Below are positions 28,171 through 42,159 of a stretch of DNA of 64,000 nt, one piece after another. How positions within the stretch are numbered: the stretch's first letter is position 1; each line of letters begins with the position of its first letter. This stretch comes from Tubulanus polymorphus (lineage: Eukaryota; Animalia; Nemertea), in assembly GCF_964204645.1 (NCBI RefSeq), contig NC_134029.1, forward strand, positions 2,356,001-2,420,000, written 5' to 3'. Made by a program: the position numbers and the translations under genes. The notes below the pieces were generated by a model. The model had not been told where the DNA came from and searched no databases. It saw only the letters and a program-made list of their open reading frames with translations.

Positions 28171-29298
28171 TCAAACAAGGTTTTTTTTGTAAGAGTTGTG
28201 TTTTTAACGATTGCTCGTTACGGACATTAAGCACGGTTTACCAGCAGGACGATTGTTCATCTATCGCTCGAAGGCACATCAGCCGCGCTCACGTACTATC
28301 CTCTTGCATCATTGCCCGAGTCTTGAGTACCCTATTTATTCCGCTAATTCCGTCTTGATTCGGGTACTTGTGGCTAATATGGGTTCGCAGTTACCTGCGC
28401 AGAATCACAATTACACTGAAATCCAGGTAATGCCCACTATACGGAGGTAGTTACGGACATCATCTTATGTTAGTTATCAGGCTAATAAACTAGTTTCTAT
28501 GTGGTAGCCGGATCTACTACATTTTGCTGGGTAGTAACAAGATGACCACGGAGTTTTCTTACAATCATTAGTAATACATATTGATGGATCAAATGTTAGG
28601 GGATTATCAAAGTCCGATATATTGTATTTCTACCTGATACGAAAAACGTCCATAATGTCGTCACTCACTAAGGCATTGAAGAATGGATTTTTAAGCCTTA
28701 CTGATGATGAACCTCATGTTTCTGCGAAGGCCATTCGTTAGGATCAATTATATTTTCTGTATTGATCTTGAACGGCGCAAAAAGCATTCCTATTAATGGA
28801 ATACAGATATATTTCTGCGCTTTTATCGAAGAATTAGCATCGGTTGAAGCATTCAGAAGCGAGATATCTCCATTCTTTATCTGCGTCGTATTTTGTGCCG
28901 GGGGCTTCGCTTTCGTTAGTTATTAACAATATATCTGCTAATCTGATGGCTGGTTTTACTGTAGTTTTTATATCTACACCAGCTGGTCCCTAATCACGTA
29001 TTATTAACGATATGCTTTGCGAACACGGTCTCTATTAAATCCCTTACAGAAAAGTAAATTCATTTTGACGGGCTTTCTAGCGTTTTAGCTAATGAGAAGG
29101 AACGGTAGCTCGGGGCTAACTTTACACACACGTTCAACACACAATCGCAGTACTGACGAAGTTGGCGATGTTATGGTATTGACGACCTATAATCATGTGT
29201 ATGAAATTACTTAGATTTATGTAATCACTGCCGGTAATCAAAACTTATTCAGTACAATAAGCAAACAACGCATTGATTACAATTTGTTTCTATGGGGC

Positions 29299-29603
29299 AG
29301 AGAGAAAGTTTGCTAGATATGTTTAGATATGCCCATTTCAATAGACGGCGAAATGAATGAGAAAATGTGATGATGAAATATGTGTTATTTATTTGACCAT
29401 TTGAATATGTGCATCAATAGACTGTGTCTGTATTATAAATCACACCAAATATATACATTACAAGACATGCATTGCAATTTTGTCTTAAAGCGAGAAAACG
29501 AAAATAGCTGACCAAAAGAGCACCTTTCTCTGGTTGGCGCAACAGTCTAGGCTATGCGTTAAAATGGATTCAATATGAATAAATGAAACTGAATTGAATT
29601 GAT
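29299..29603 (+). mobile_element. Decayed LINE 3' end (zinc-knuckle relic, AATAAA and (TTGAA)n tail)
   Basis: REKVC*IC...DDE/frameshift/VLFI*P, followed by aataaatgaaactgaattgaattga. Confidence 0.4.
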
Positions 29604-31824
29604 CCTCCCTGGTGAAATCGATGAATGCATTTAATACTTTGGTGAATTAATCGTGAAAATCTGAGTCCAAATATCCGCGAGCAACCCCCAGGCATAGGCG
29701 ATTAAATACGTAGAACTCAACTACGAAATTTACTTTACTGGTTGCGCTCAAGGTTAATATTGTTAGCACCACATGTAAACATAGGAAAAGCAAACACGAG
29801 GAGTATCAATAACAGTTTAAAGCCATTAACTTCGTTATAATTACCAATAATCAGAATTCCTATATATTTAATCGTATTTAATTGACCTGTTTGACACATT
29901 TTTGCGTCGAAATAAATTGATTGTGCTGTTTTTTCTAGATTGAGTGTCACGAATGATGTCGACAATGCTACTGCGGTAGTCGTGTCAATAGCGGCCTTCA
30001 TTTCTAGAACACCGGGGTATGTTAACACTACATCGCGTAATGGCTATAATTAATCTATTGGCGAACTACTACTGGTCGTGGTGCGCAGTGATTTGTAAAA
30101 ACCAGTCGAGACCTACTCGAACAAATATAATTAATGATGGTTACAAACAGTAGGACTTCATCATCAATTACAGAGCAAACTCCCCTGATTACTAATAGTC
30201 CACTGTGATCGTCTATACAGGTACATTGTAATTATGATCTAAGACATTATAAAGGACTGGTAGAGTAGGGTTTCCTATATGACACCTGGTTCAAATAGAT
30301 GCTAGTCGCGAACCACGATAACAACGTGTTTATACCCTCGACACACTTGAGTGTGCTGCCGAACGCAGGGGTTCGTTTTGCGATACTTTGAAGAAATAAT
30401 TTGACACCTGGGCCACAACCGGCGAGACAGTCAAGTAGACAATAATGGTGCCGGCACAATGACCCCCGACGTCTTGTGTTTTCTGTGATCGAAACAAAGG
30501 AAACTTGTTCGCAGATAGTTTACATAAATAACCTTGATACACACTTGAAGCGTGGAGCTTAATTACTAATAACAATCATCACAGGGTTCTCTCCCTGGGA
30601 TTCCCTGTTCGATGTCTCATTCACAATATGTTTAAAGATATGGACTCTTGAGTCGATGGTTAAACCCCTTGTGATGATATCTCGATGGTCAAAACTAGAA
30701 ATCATGTACGTATTTCTCTCGGCGATTTTCTAACGCAGTCGTATTTTCAAAGTAGAAATATTCTTAAAATTCGATCGCTATTCAGTTATATCTAACTAAT
30801 GGACACTTTATGCTTGTCTATATCTCCCTCGAAGGAGTCTAATCTATCTGTATCTGCGCGTTGTAATACAGAGTAATATGAACACTGCTATTAGTCTTCA
30901 ATGATCCTAAATGTCATTTAATATTTATTTAATCATACTCCTCCAGTTGTTAATGTGTCTCTGTCATTAGGGATTTAATACAGATGCAAATCATATTTAT
31001 TCATATATATCACACATGACGCCCTACTGGTGTCTGTGCGAGGTACTGGCCATGAGCCAATTAACATGACACCTTTATCAGAGAACGAACATTTTCCCTT
31101 TACCAAATATGCTTGATGGATCTGGAGAAACTGATGATGTGATTGTCCGATATCTATCGTATTCGCTTAATTAGGCAGATGTTTACCTATATCTACCACC
31201 AGGGGGTTTCTACCTTGAGGGATGTTTTTTCCCAGAAGGGCCATACCTCGTTATAAGATTACCAAGGAATATTTACTACTGTTGCGAATGACCACCGGTC
31301 AAAAGTATTGTAATCGTATTTTTTTCGGCGTTTTGACCGATGAATGTCGGTTCTCATGGCGCCCACTGCAAGACGAAGAATATCGAGGCACTTTATTTTT
31401 TTTTCTGAGTAACGCGCAATAATTTCCTATATTTCGGTTTAGCCAGGTGCATATACAGTAATTAACGACTAAAGAGCTTTCGCGTACGTGGACGCGTGTA
31501 TAAGCCGTCGATATCTGAGTCCACCTGCAAATACTCTCCATATTCCTCGATCTATTGTCAGTTTATAAATAATAACGATGTATTATGATAAGCGCTGAGC
31601 GAATATTTCTCTAAATCGACAATTTCAAATGAAAACCCGAACTGTTGTCGTTGTCCTGTGGTTTGTTCGTATAATGTACGTCCTTTCATCTAGATATTGT
31701 CGCAAATATTTGAGAAGTATTTTTCAGATATTTAACTCTTTGAATTCATATCATAAGCAGATGGCGTTCTATTTCGCGCATAGAAACGTGGAACGTTTTA
31801 CATATACACGGATAACTTTCTGTA

Positions 31825-32012
31825 GCCAGTTCCACAGAATTCCGTCAAAATTTGGATCGATCGAAAATGAACTAGTAATCTGGACCTGATTCGATACTTC
31901 TCGGTTTGAATTTGACTATGAACTTATCTCAACTCAGTGTCGAATCTGACCAACACGTGGAACCGGGTTCTGGGTCGAGTTCCACAGTTGTTGGCACATA
32001 GTTCATTTTCAT
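31825..32012. mobile_element. Composite palindromic MITE-like repeat (AGTTCCACAG family)
   Basis: 12-bp perfect inverted repeat GAAAATGAACTA (31863-31874)/TAGTTCATTTTC (31999-32010), internal GTGGAAC...GTTCCAC; related pieces at 2944-3068 and 56101-56160. Confidence 0.45.
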
Positions 32013-33860
32013 GTTTTAACCTTCAAAATGAAACATCAACCGTGAACTAGAACGCGATGGTGGAATCGACGATACTCAGTTCAAAAACGAAATAATTCAA
32101 TTCAAAATCCTTGAAATTAGACTTGACTTCTCTGTATCTGAAGTGTCACTCTTACTAACTAACTCAAAACTGTGTCATTGGGTCCAGATATAAAATCCCC
32201 GAAGGCGAAACTGGATAAATGCATAAATTTGAAACTAAAGTCGGCCGTGATGACGAATATGAATTGAATCAGAAATATGTAAGAAGATCACTCACCACCG
32301 AGTTCGTACATATTTACAGGTTTTAATGCGTTTTAAGCCGCGCTAATTCATCCGCGCTAATTTCTAGTCGGCAGAAGATGGAGTTGCCTAAATCGAGTGG
32401 TTTTGGAGTCGTGAAATCGTTCAGGAATCCCTCAATGAGTCAGCTCGCTTTATGAACAAAGCTCCCCATATCGCGCTGTACAGTCATTCATATAACGCTT
32501 GTCCATTTCCAATTCAAAATCCTTACTTTCTCATCTTACAAATGGTCACTTTACTACAACGTATAAGACCTGAGATTTATGGATTAGCTGGTGACTGGTG
32601 GTACTATCTAAATACCTCGCATATTGCATCTCGATTTAAGTCATTGTCAACAACGGCAATAAAGCTCTCTCAAAATCAAGGAGCGTCAGTGTGGAGAAGA
32701 GAGGAGGAGAAACCTACCTCAATACATCAAGTCTCGAATCTATCAGGACCCTGGTCACTTATAAGCGCCACTTTCCCTAATACTGTTGTTTCTCCATTGA
32801 CCCGATGAAGCTACTCATTTATGTACTAGTATCGAAAGCTCGTGAAATTGACAAGTGAAATCCTATATCGGTACCTGTTCATCGGAACCCTTTTCATTTA
32901 TCTCTAAAACCTTTTGAATACCTGCAGGACGCCCATATATACCCAATATTAGTAAGCGCTGAGATGCCGTAAATCCAGTTTCAGTGTACACATCGTCCAT
33001 GATGTGTTTGCCTTAATTTTCGTTCGTCGAAACAAGAAGATGAACGAGCCTCTTATAGCGGTAGACGTTTGTTCAGCTGGTTTGAAATATTACGATGCAA
33101 AAAGTTGAGAACGAATATGATTCAATTTCCTTTCGAGTAAAATCGACAAAAACGGTGCACGCGCTGAAAGGTAATTCACCGCAAAATGGAGAACAGTGAA
33201 AACATCGGCGCGAGAAATAAAAACGATCGAATTCGAAACGGCTACATGAAAAAAGAGAATATCGTCAATGGCATTACCGTATGATTTCATATGATAGCTA
33301 TCTGGTGAAATATAAGACATCTATTTCCCGGCGTCAGGGGATGGATTAAAGACGTGTTTCTTTGACAATTACTAGGTAAAAACCTCGACTTGCACAGATA
33401 CAAAAAAAAAATGTTTTCGAAAGTGTCTGAATAAGTAAGAAAAACTCGGATAGAATTAAGAGTGAATGATGCTAAAAGGATTATCTACGCTTCGACAATT
33501 ACATAATCAGTTTTTGAAAATATTGAATCAGGTTAATGTGCATCTTAGTAGCATAATTTGCGCTTTGTTCTTCGGCGTTTAAGGTGTTAGTAATTCGATC
33601 GTGTTGTGTATAATGCTTTCACAATAAACGAAACGCGAAAAGAGAAATGTTTCTATAATATCCGCGCACACATTTTGCTATTAAATGCCGGCGAGTTTAC
33701 CGAGCATGACCGATCTACGTGTTACTGATCGAAGAATCTTTTCTTCCGATGTAAAACTGCCTGTAGGCTGCGCTGCGGGAGATACAGTCAGAGAATCGAG
33801 TCGGCAGAGAAAGTTGAATCGGTAAAAGAACTTCTCGGCTCTGCGCCGATCAACCGCGCT

Positions 33861-34124
33861 AGCCAATCAGAATACGCGCTGAGTCACATGACTGTCGCAG
33901 TGAAAATTGAGCGCATGGAGGAGCTGGCATTGTCGCCGCGATCAATGTATGTTTCGGAGCTAGCTAAAGGCACGTGTGTCTCACTTGTCTCTTCTTGTCT
34001 ATCAGATTTTTACTGACGAGCGCGCGCGCACACGAACCAACTACTTGCGTTTCATTTCATAAAAAAAGGACAGCAAATTAAGTCTGGAATATTTATGCGC
34101 ACAACATCTGTTGCTGGACGAGGT
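33861..34124 (+). promoter_or_regulatory. Candidate promoter and non-coding first exon
   Basis: AGCCAATCAG (NF-Y consensus, 33861-33870), TGAGTCA (33880-33886) overlapping GTCACATGAC (33883-33892), CpG-rich stretch, donor GAG|GTAATT at 34122/34123 followed by AT-rich DNA. Confidence 0.45.
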
Positions 34125-35799
34125 AATTTACTTCTGTTTATTATTAACTGTCATTAGATTTTATGTTATACATCAATCTCTATTCTGGTCCTAGTTAATG
34201 CACTGTCACGTATTATGGGTTATTTAGACTTTCTAATTTTAACCGGGGGCTTCTTATAATACTTTCCCATCTCTCAGTTACCCGGTGTACTTTCTAATAT
34301 CTCCCTGAAAATGTTCGTGGTTTCGTACAATTCTACGTAGTTCATTCCTGAGATCTATTACTGTTTCCATAGAACAACAAACAACCAAATGATAAATATA
34401 TAACGATGGCTAGTAGTGAGCCTGTAACGTGTCGTATGATAATTCTTTGATTATTACACATTTCGCTTTTGAAATGCTGAATTTGTAAATACTGAGTTCA
34501 AACCGTAACTTAATTTCTCAACAAGTTTTGAAAATATTTCCCTCGGCCATAGTTCGTTGTAACCCTTCATTTGCAAACTGAGTCAGAAAATTTCATTTGC
34601 ACTTTAAATAAATCCTACTCGTAAATGTTATCAAGTTTATATAAATACAAATACACAATTTCCAGGTCGGAAATTTCTGAGTTATTCGTGTACTTAGGCG
34701 GCCATTTTATTGTTTAAAGTTTCGAAATATTGTAGAGGACAATAATATTGTTTACTAGTACATGCCATTTGGGACCTGCACATGAATATCCATTTAAGGC
34801 AGCATTGAGAATACTTGTCATTAGCGAATATACCGCATTTTCCCATTTGATTTAATTCGAGTCTGACTCAGTCATACTTAGTTTTTATTTTTGTCTGAAT
34901 TAAAGTGATTTACATCTGAAATTCATAAAGAATCGCAACCGATTATAAATCATCTAAAAACCTACAAACGCCAGATTTAATACGATTTTTAATTGTCGGT
35001 TAATAATCCGACCCGGTAAACGAGGGGCACTTAATAGCCTAAAAATCATCTAAATTGTTAGTTTTACTCATTGGAAAGATATGAAAAATGCGTAAAAATA
35101 TCCTCAATGAAGATATCATAATCTGAAAAGTTCATGCATGGAATGAAACCAATAAGCTTTATATATTCCATAAATTCTATAGAATTTGGTATATTAGAAT
35201 GATGTAAAATTGAAAATTAAACTGAAAAAGAATAAACGTTCCGACGAAGATACGTCATAAAACTGATATTCAAACGTCAATAAACATTTATGATTCTGTG
35301 CGTTAATGAAAAACAACCAATCCATTGAGGAGAATATTATGAACAGCAAGTGTTGTTCATATATTTGGACGGTGGTTCTTTTCATTTGCCTTGGCTGAAT
35401 ACGCTGATAATGCCTCACATATGCGAGCCATTATATATTTTGAGAGAGGATATAATATAAGTAGATTGAAGCCGGTAAAAACCTTACTAATCCAGGGCTT
35501 TTCAGGCAGTTCAATATCTCTGGATGAAATCCGATAATTCAATACTTAACGCTAACTAAATAGTCTGGAGGTTCTTTATAGGCTATCAATCGGGTGCTAA
35601 TGGTTTTCACATGCAGCTCGCATTGTCCGTCATATGGAGCCCGATCACGTAAATGTCTGATTCCCAGCTGTTGAATCGTTAGGAGAAAAGAACGATTTCT
35701 ACCAGAACTAATTTAGCTATTAACGCATTAATTTCGCTTTAACGCCGAGTGTCAAAAAGCAGAAATTTCCCGGTATTGACAACTCGATATTGATGATAC

Positions 35800-36470
35800 A
35801 TCGATATAATATCATATTTAGTAAACTACAATGCTTCAGTAATATCAAATCCGAATTTTGCATGGGACAGTACCTGCTACTTAATATCCTAAAAACATTT
35901 AAATCTGCAATATCCAGACTCAGATTAAGCGCACACTCTCTACTAATCGAGAAAGGGAGACACCTCAATCTAGCAAGGGAGAATAGGTTATGTGATAAAT
36001 GTTATATTGTTGAGGATGAATTCCACTTTGTTATGCAATGTTCAAAGTGGTCTGACAATAGAAAAACTCTCCTTGAAGAGTAATCTAGAGATTTTCCGGA
36101 ATGCACGTCTTCCTTAAATGAATGTAAAATTCAGAATCGTAATGTCAACTGTACAGATGGCGTATAGCCTTGAGAAATTTGTAAATGCTTCTTGCTGGAT
36201 TCAGCTATGTGTATGTATCTGATATTATATGACGTTGTTTATTGAATCAGATTTTTTACTTGTATATACTCATATGAACAGTCTCGGACTATTGAATCCT
36301 AGTCATAAACTAGTGACTTAAATCTCATCTCGTTTCTTTCATCTCCTGATATATACTACTCTTCTTTTTGACACTTGATTCTTGTTCTCCTCTTTATTGT
36401 AAAAAGCCAATAATGTTATTTATCTATTACGGTGCTATAATGATTAGATTGCATTGAATTGAATTGAGTA
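35800..36470 (+). mobile_element. 5'-truncated non-LTR retrotransposon (LINE) remnant: ORF2 C-terminal zinc knuckle, 3' UTR and (ATTGA)n-type tail
   Basis: Translation AISRLRLSAHSLLIEKGRH...RENRLCDKCYIVEDEFHFVMQCSKW matches the RLSxHxLxIExGR...RxCxxC..EDExHF...C motif of LINE ORF2 C-termini; frame breaks at 36083; attgaattgaattga at ~36453-36467. Confidence 0.85.
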
Positions 36471-37419
36471 TAGTATATTGTAATGTATGGCGTAGTTAGC
36501 GCCTTTCCTATTGATATTATATATTCGTACTTGTGGCTGTGGCTTCGAAATAGCAACATAATTAACACTATTAAAAAGCGTATCCTTGTTACTCGATGAA
36601 GTCGTTAGTTGCTAGTTGACAATTTAAACAGTAGGTATATATTTACGTCGTGTGTTTAGTCGTGTAAACACCAATAGTATTGATGATTGAAGGCGATTGA
36701 GAGGTGCTCCGTAAGTCTTGGAGAACGCGGATACCAAAACTATCGCTATGTGTGTCGCAATCATTTGCTATGATTATTACGAGAATAATCACGACTGTTC
36801 GGCTCGCTACCGATAGAGTCTCGAATACACCTGCAATGAACGAGAGGTTGTTGTTGTTGTTGCTGTTGTTGATGTGATTTGATGTTTACTCGTGAATCGC
36901 TGGTATTCATCGGGTCTGATATCGGGTAGCGATTTGGCTTCTGATTCCACTTTCGCTCGTATGAGTGCGAGACCGTAGTGGTCGCGTCTCTTATTCGACC
37001 ATCGATGAAGTTAATAGAATCTCAGAGCGACAATTTGATTATGACAAGTCGTTGTAGACGTCGCTGTTTCACCGAGAGTTTGTGGGATGATGATAATGAT
37101 GACTCCGAGTGAAATTTCTCTCCAGAAAACTGGCAGCCATGATGATTTGACCTCTATGATTTCTGCGAGGTCATCGTTTCGCAGACGGGGAGAGGAATGA
37201 AGTATGTTGGTCAGTGACATGAAGCCAATTACGAGTTGACTCGACGCTAATTCAGTGGTCGGTCTTTTTATCCTCAGAATCAAAGAGCCATGTCGCTTAT
37301 TTGTCGCGCTCGGTAACGTCGGTTTTACGAATGACCCCAAACTAGAAACTGTTTCATCTGTGAACGACATCTTCTTCCATTCTGAAAGATTTTTCCGTAA
37401 TCATGTTGTCGAGCAGAGA

Positions 37420-37540
37420 CCCGCCTGATTGGACCCTCGAGGGTCAGCAGCGTCTTTGAAAATCGACTTTGCCAATTATGAACTCACTAAACACTGGCTA
37501 ACTACGCGTAGTGCGACGACGTCTTGCGTCTTAGTTCCAG
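37420..37540. promoter_or_regulatory. GC-box/inverted CCAAT abutting a 14-bp palindrome
   Basis: CCCGCC-TGATTGG then GACCCTCGAGGGTC (37432-37445); second palindrome ACTACGCGTAGT (37501-37512). Confidence 0.3.
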
Positions 37541-40500
37541 TCTCTCCAGTGCTTTCGGTATCGACTTGATATTGATGGCGATCGCGTTGGTTCGATCGCT
37601 GTGACTATCTTTCTGACAGTTTATTCCCTATTTATCAACATCCCATCTCAGAAAACTCTATTATGTCTTCATATATACAGTAGACTATTTACGCTAAGAC
37701 GTTGAGAGTAAAATGGAACATTTTGCTGATTTGAATAAAGCTTGAAATGCATAAGCGTTTTCATACAGAATAAAACGTGAATCTAATAGACTAATCTACG
37801 GTTCACATGATGTTATAGCTGAGTGGGATTGTATGGCATTTATCGTCATCATTTTTTTGAGAGTTTTGTTTAGAAATTTCCGCAGCTTTCGTGGAAATCT
37901 TAGCGCTCATTCGTACGGTTAAGCTGATACTCGGGCGATACATAGTTCTGAAGAAAAGTCTCCAGCAGTTTCTTGAACAATATAATGACAGGTTGAGTTT
38001 CTATGACTTGTCAAGCATTAATAGTTGTAATTGCTTTGTTCATACTTACACCATCTCCTCAAACTATTACTGAATATCAATGGGAAAAAATGATATCGTG
38101 AATATGAAATGTCAGACAGAGACATTTGTGGCAAACCAGCAGATCTATTTTTTTCTAGAAATATAGCCAATTACTAAAATGTTAGAATGTTATGCATTAG
38201 AATTCATATGCTTGAAATTTTGAATATATATATCTGATTATTGAAAATATATTTCGATTTTTTCTATCACGCAAATATCAGAGGCGGTGCGTCTGAAAAT
38301 TAGATATCATTTACTGTAGACGTTGCCCGTTAAAATATGTGAACTTCTACCCCTTAAGGGCACGGTCGGATTATCCGCATGAAAAGACTAGAAGTTGTAT
38401 TATTCAACGGTATACTCGAAGGCTGGGGGCAGAGTATTGAAAGGGGGATTTGTTCACCAATTTGCTCTCGCGTTAGGATTAGAGCTCCGAATTGCAAAGA
38501 AAGTAACCACTTATAAGTCGATAAACAGATTTCACTCCTTTTTGAAAGCGTTTTGTTATTCGATTATAAAGTACTTGATAATTTATGACGTTAACAAGAT
38601 GAAGTACACACCGCACATGCATTAGCTAATTTGTGTAAAAATTCTTATGGGTCGTTAATTTTCGAGTGATGAATATTTTGCCGAAGGAGACAAGAATTCT
38701 AAAAAGGCATTTTTCCATCCAATTTGCGATGATTCACGCGTACGGATTGCTGCCCATTTGGAAATTTAAGTATGTACCTGGCTTACGTGAGATCGGTATT
38801 AGACAATCATCTTAACCGATATATTATATAGCCTTATCTAATCTGATACTCCGGATTCTAAGATCTTGTGAAATTCCCGGTATTTGACTCATTTTCCAAT
38901 TGAGATTGATACGAACATCGACTATGATGATTTCTCCTATTTCATTCGCTATTATAACGATATCATCACCAACAGTTTAGAAAATTCGCATCCGTCGAAA
39001 TCTCCGCTTAGAAATCTGAAGCATGAACAACAAATCGGATTTCGCCGATAGATTTTTGTCTCATGTCTGTGTAACGTCGATTCGGTATACCCCTCCTTGC
39101 TGGATAGTGTTACAGCAATTTACCTCTGACATTAAAACTAGAGTCGTTTATATCTACTTTTTATTCAGTGTTAGTCGATAATATTTCAATATTTCTCGTG
39201 AATTCGGTTGATCTCACTTGACTCTTCAAAAATATAAGATGTCTGTCTCGGAGAAAAATCAGTGATTGAATTTTCTGTTGATTGAGGTCTTAAAGTATAA
39301 TTCAAGATGCATTGAAAGTTACCTCAGTTAGATGAAGAAAACAGTTTTGAAATGGAAATATCGTTGAGAAACTTTGAGAAGTAAAAGTTAGGTTACGTTT
39401 AATGCATAGAAAACGTCTTAAGAAGTGAAATTTCTGTGATGTAGTTTCGAAAAGAAACAGCGAACAGAACATTCCTTTCAAATCGATTCTACGCCTTTTA
39501 TCAAAAAGTCATATATATATAAAAACTATAAAATTCTATGATATTTTGCTTCGGCGGGACCTAAACTCGCTTACTACAAACCTATATCAATATACCGTTA
39601 CTATTAGATATTTATCTTATACCTTTTTGTCGATGAAGTATTTTTTCTAGTCTGGATGCTTGAAACAGTACATGTACTAGATATTTCTAGCCCTGTCGAT
39701 ACGCTGGGAAAATGTATTCGCGTCCAGGGTTAATTTTTGCGCAATTATATTCGACCTGTTTCGCTAAATTGGTAATTTCCTTTTCATAAGTTGTCGATTA
39801 CGCGGTAATTATCCATATGTCGAGATTTGTCGCATAGAGCGCGGCCTTTCAGAACATCCAGTAAATTTCTGTCGTCTCAGTGGAAGAATTAATTACTAAA
39901 TGAGTTTGTGTGTTTGTTGAGTAAATCATATCGGAAATTCGGTTTATAATAGACGATCATCCACCGAGTTACTACTGATCATCTCTATACTCACTTTTTT
40001 GCTGACCGAACTGGAATCGAGCGAGCACTCCTGAAAAAAAAATCAACCTTCGATCTTTTAATTGATTACGTGTTGAAATAAAGATTTCCGCGCTGATGTT
40101 GACTCGTAACCGGAGACGGTGGATTCGTTTTCTTCGCTCGTCGTCGCTGCTAGTAATAATATTGACAATGCGCGACCGGCTACAACCGGCTTTTTATGGC
40201 CTGCACGCAATAGCGCACCAATTCAAGCCACACGTCCGCCGCATCGAGTCGACGAATAGAGGCAGTTTTTCCGCTGAAATTTCCCCGTCTACTTAAAAGA
40301 ACATCATCATTTCCAACTCGACTGTCTCCAACACCGCGTATACGTCTTTTGTCGTAGATTCGTGACAATAGGATACCACAAGGTAACGCGATACGCACAG
40401 CGTCAGTCTAAAAAAAACCAACCACCATTAATCAAATCTCTAGCGCTAAAAATGCGACAACAGGCGTTTTTTGGTTTAACGGGAAAATCTTTTTTTCACC

Positions 40501-42116
40501 GTGAGGTAATCGTGTTGTCATCATCAGTGCGATAACGATGATAATTGTCGAAGAGAAGGAGAAGAAACCCTCGTGGTTCTGTTACTGCGTGTTTTAGAGG
40601 TTAGTCAGTGTTATAGTGAACGAAGCCTGTAGAAAGTCGTCGTGTCATGACGTGTGTAAGCCACAAAAAGTCGGTAATAGAACATGAGACAAAATAAGAA
40701 GAGCGGCAGCGATACCGCTACCATCGCCGCCGAGTCTTCAGTCTTATCTCTTTGCCGGTGACTAATATGACAGATGACTGATGATATATTGGATGTTTGA
40801 TATATTGCAACAAATCTTCATATGTATAGAGTGCCTGGATTCTTCGGGAGACAATAAGATACAGGTATTTGTGTAATTGATTTCATATGGACTAGTTTTC
40901 TGATATGGACTAGTTTTCTGCCGTGAAAATGTCTGGAATATACGTCACGGATTCAAGGCTGATTGTCCCGGAGGTAAAAGCTCGACTCTAAAGCTTCTTA
41001 TTGCCTCTCATGAGCAGGGAATGTTATTTAGCTAGAATCTTTTGATACACATTTTTCTCATCCCCAGTGACAAGTGCGAGTTGAAAATGCATGTTCCGAA
41101 ATGCCACTCTTTGTTAGGTGGTTTAGTATGACATCATTCAACTATAGAGACGGTTTACCGTGGAGTGACATGCTATATTCAAGCATTTGTTATTCGCATA
41201 TTTTCATAGAAAGACATGAAAGTAAATTATTAGTTTAGATGTGAGGGTGGTTATGTTAAATTCGTCTACACAGAGTAGAATGAAGAACGGCAGTTTGCAA
41301 TTAACACGACGCAAACTCCTGCGCTGTTGAAACCAATCCACCTTTACAGCTCGACACGTTACTGAATATCAGAATATTGACTGAAAGCTTATTTAAGAAT
41401 TCCACGAATACACGTGATGAATTATAAATGGCGATCATGCGAAGTAAGCGAGTTGGTCCGGACAGAATTAATTCTGTGTCCGATCCGCGGCGTTAGAAGT
41501 TTCGTGCGTTAAGTTTGCTCATTTATCCTACTATACGTGACGATTTGTTTAATGCTCAGAATGAACTGATAAATGTTTCATGAATCGCTGATGAATGTTT
41601 ACGATGATGACCACGATGTCGATATCCCGCACTAACCCAACCATAGCACATCACTATACGCGTTATCATCGATAGTTAAACTATTGTAAGATTATGTTTC
41701 CCATCAGACCAGTTTGTACAATTGTAGTGAGTAATAAATATATACTATACTATAATATCATCAATAGTTTCAATATTTAGATTTTCTTTTGGACTTGACT
41801 ACAAATGTAGCCCGTCCTTATCGGTATTTCATAAAATTCAATTTCATCCCGAACCACGATCAATTTTGATGAAGAAAGCCTAACCCGAGGCAAATCATGA
41901 AAGCTTTCCGAAGTTATATATTACATAGAAATTTGTTCGCGCATTCTTATGTACTGGCGGTACTTTCATTCGTATTTGCTCGCGGGTTTCTTTGAAATTG
42001 GCCACCACAAACAAACATCGAGGGTGCAAATGTTAACTTTTATATTATTAAGACTTGTGTATACCACAATACAAAGGGGAAAAAGAGTTCAAAACATTTG
42101 AGTTTTAGTAGTTTAT

Positions 42117-42159
42117 TTCGACGTTTTGACTTTATTCACGTAGTTATCTTCAGGAATAC
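42117..42159 (-). mobile_element. Third copy of the 43-bp hammerhead-like Penelope motif
   Basis: Reverse complement GTATTCCTGAAGATAACTACGTGAATAAAGTCAAAACGTCGAA aligns without gaps to the 15.8-kb copies. Confidence 0.65.
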
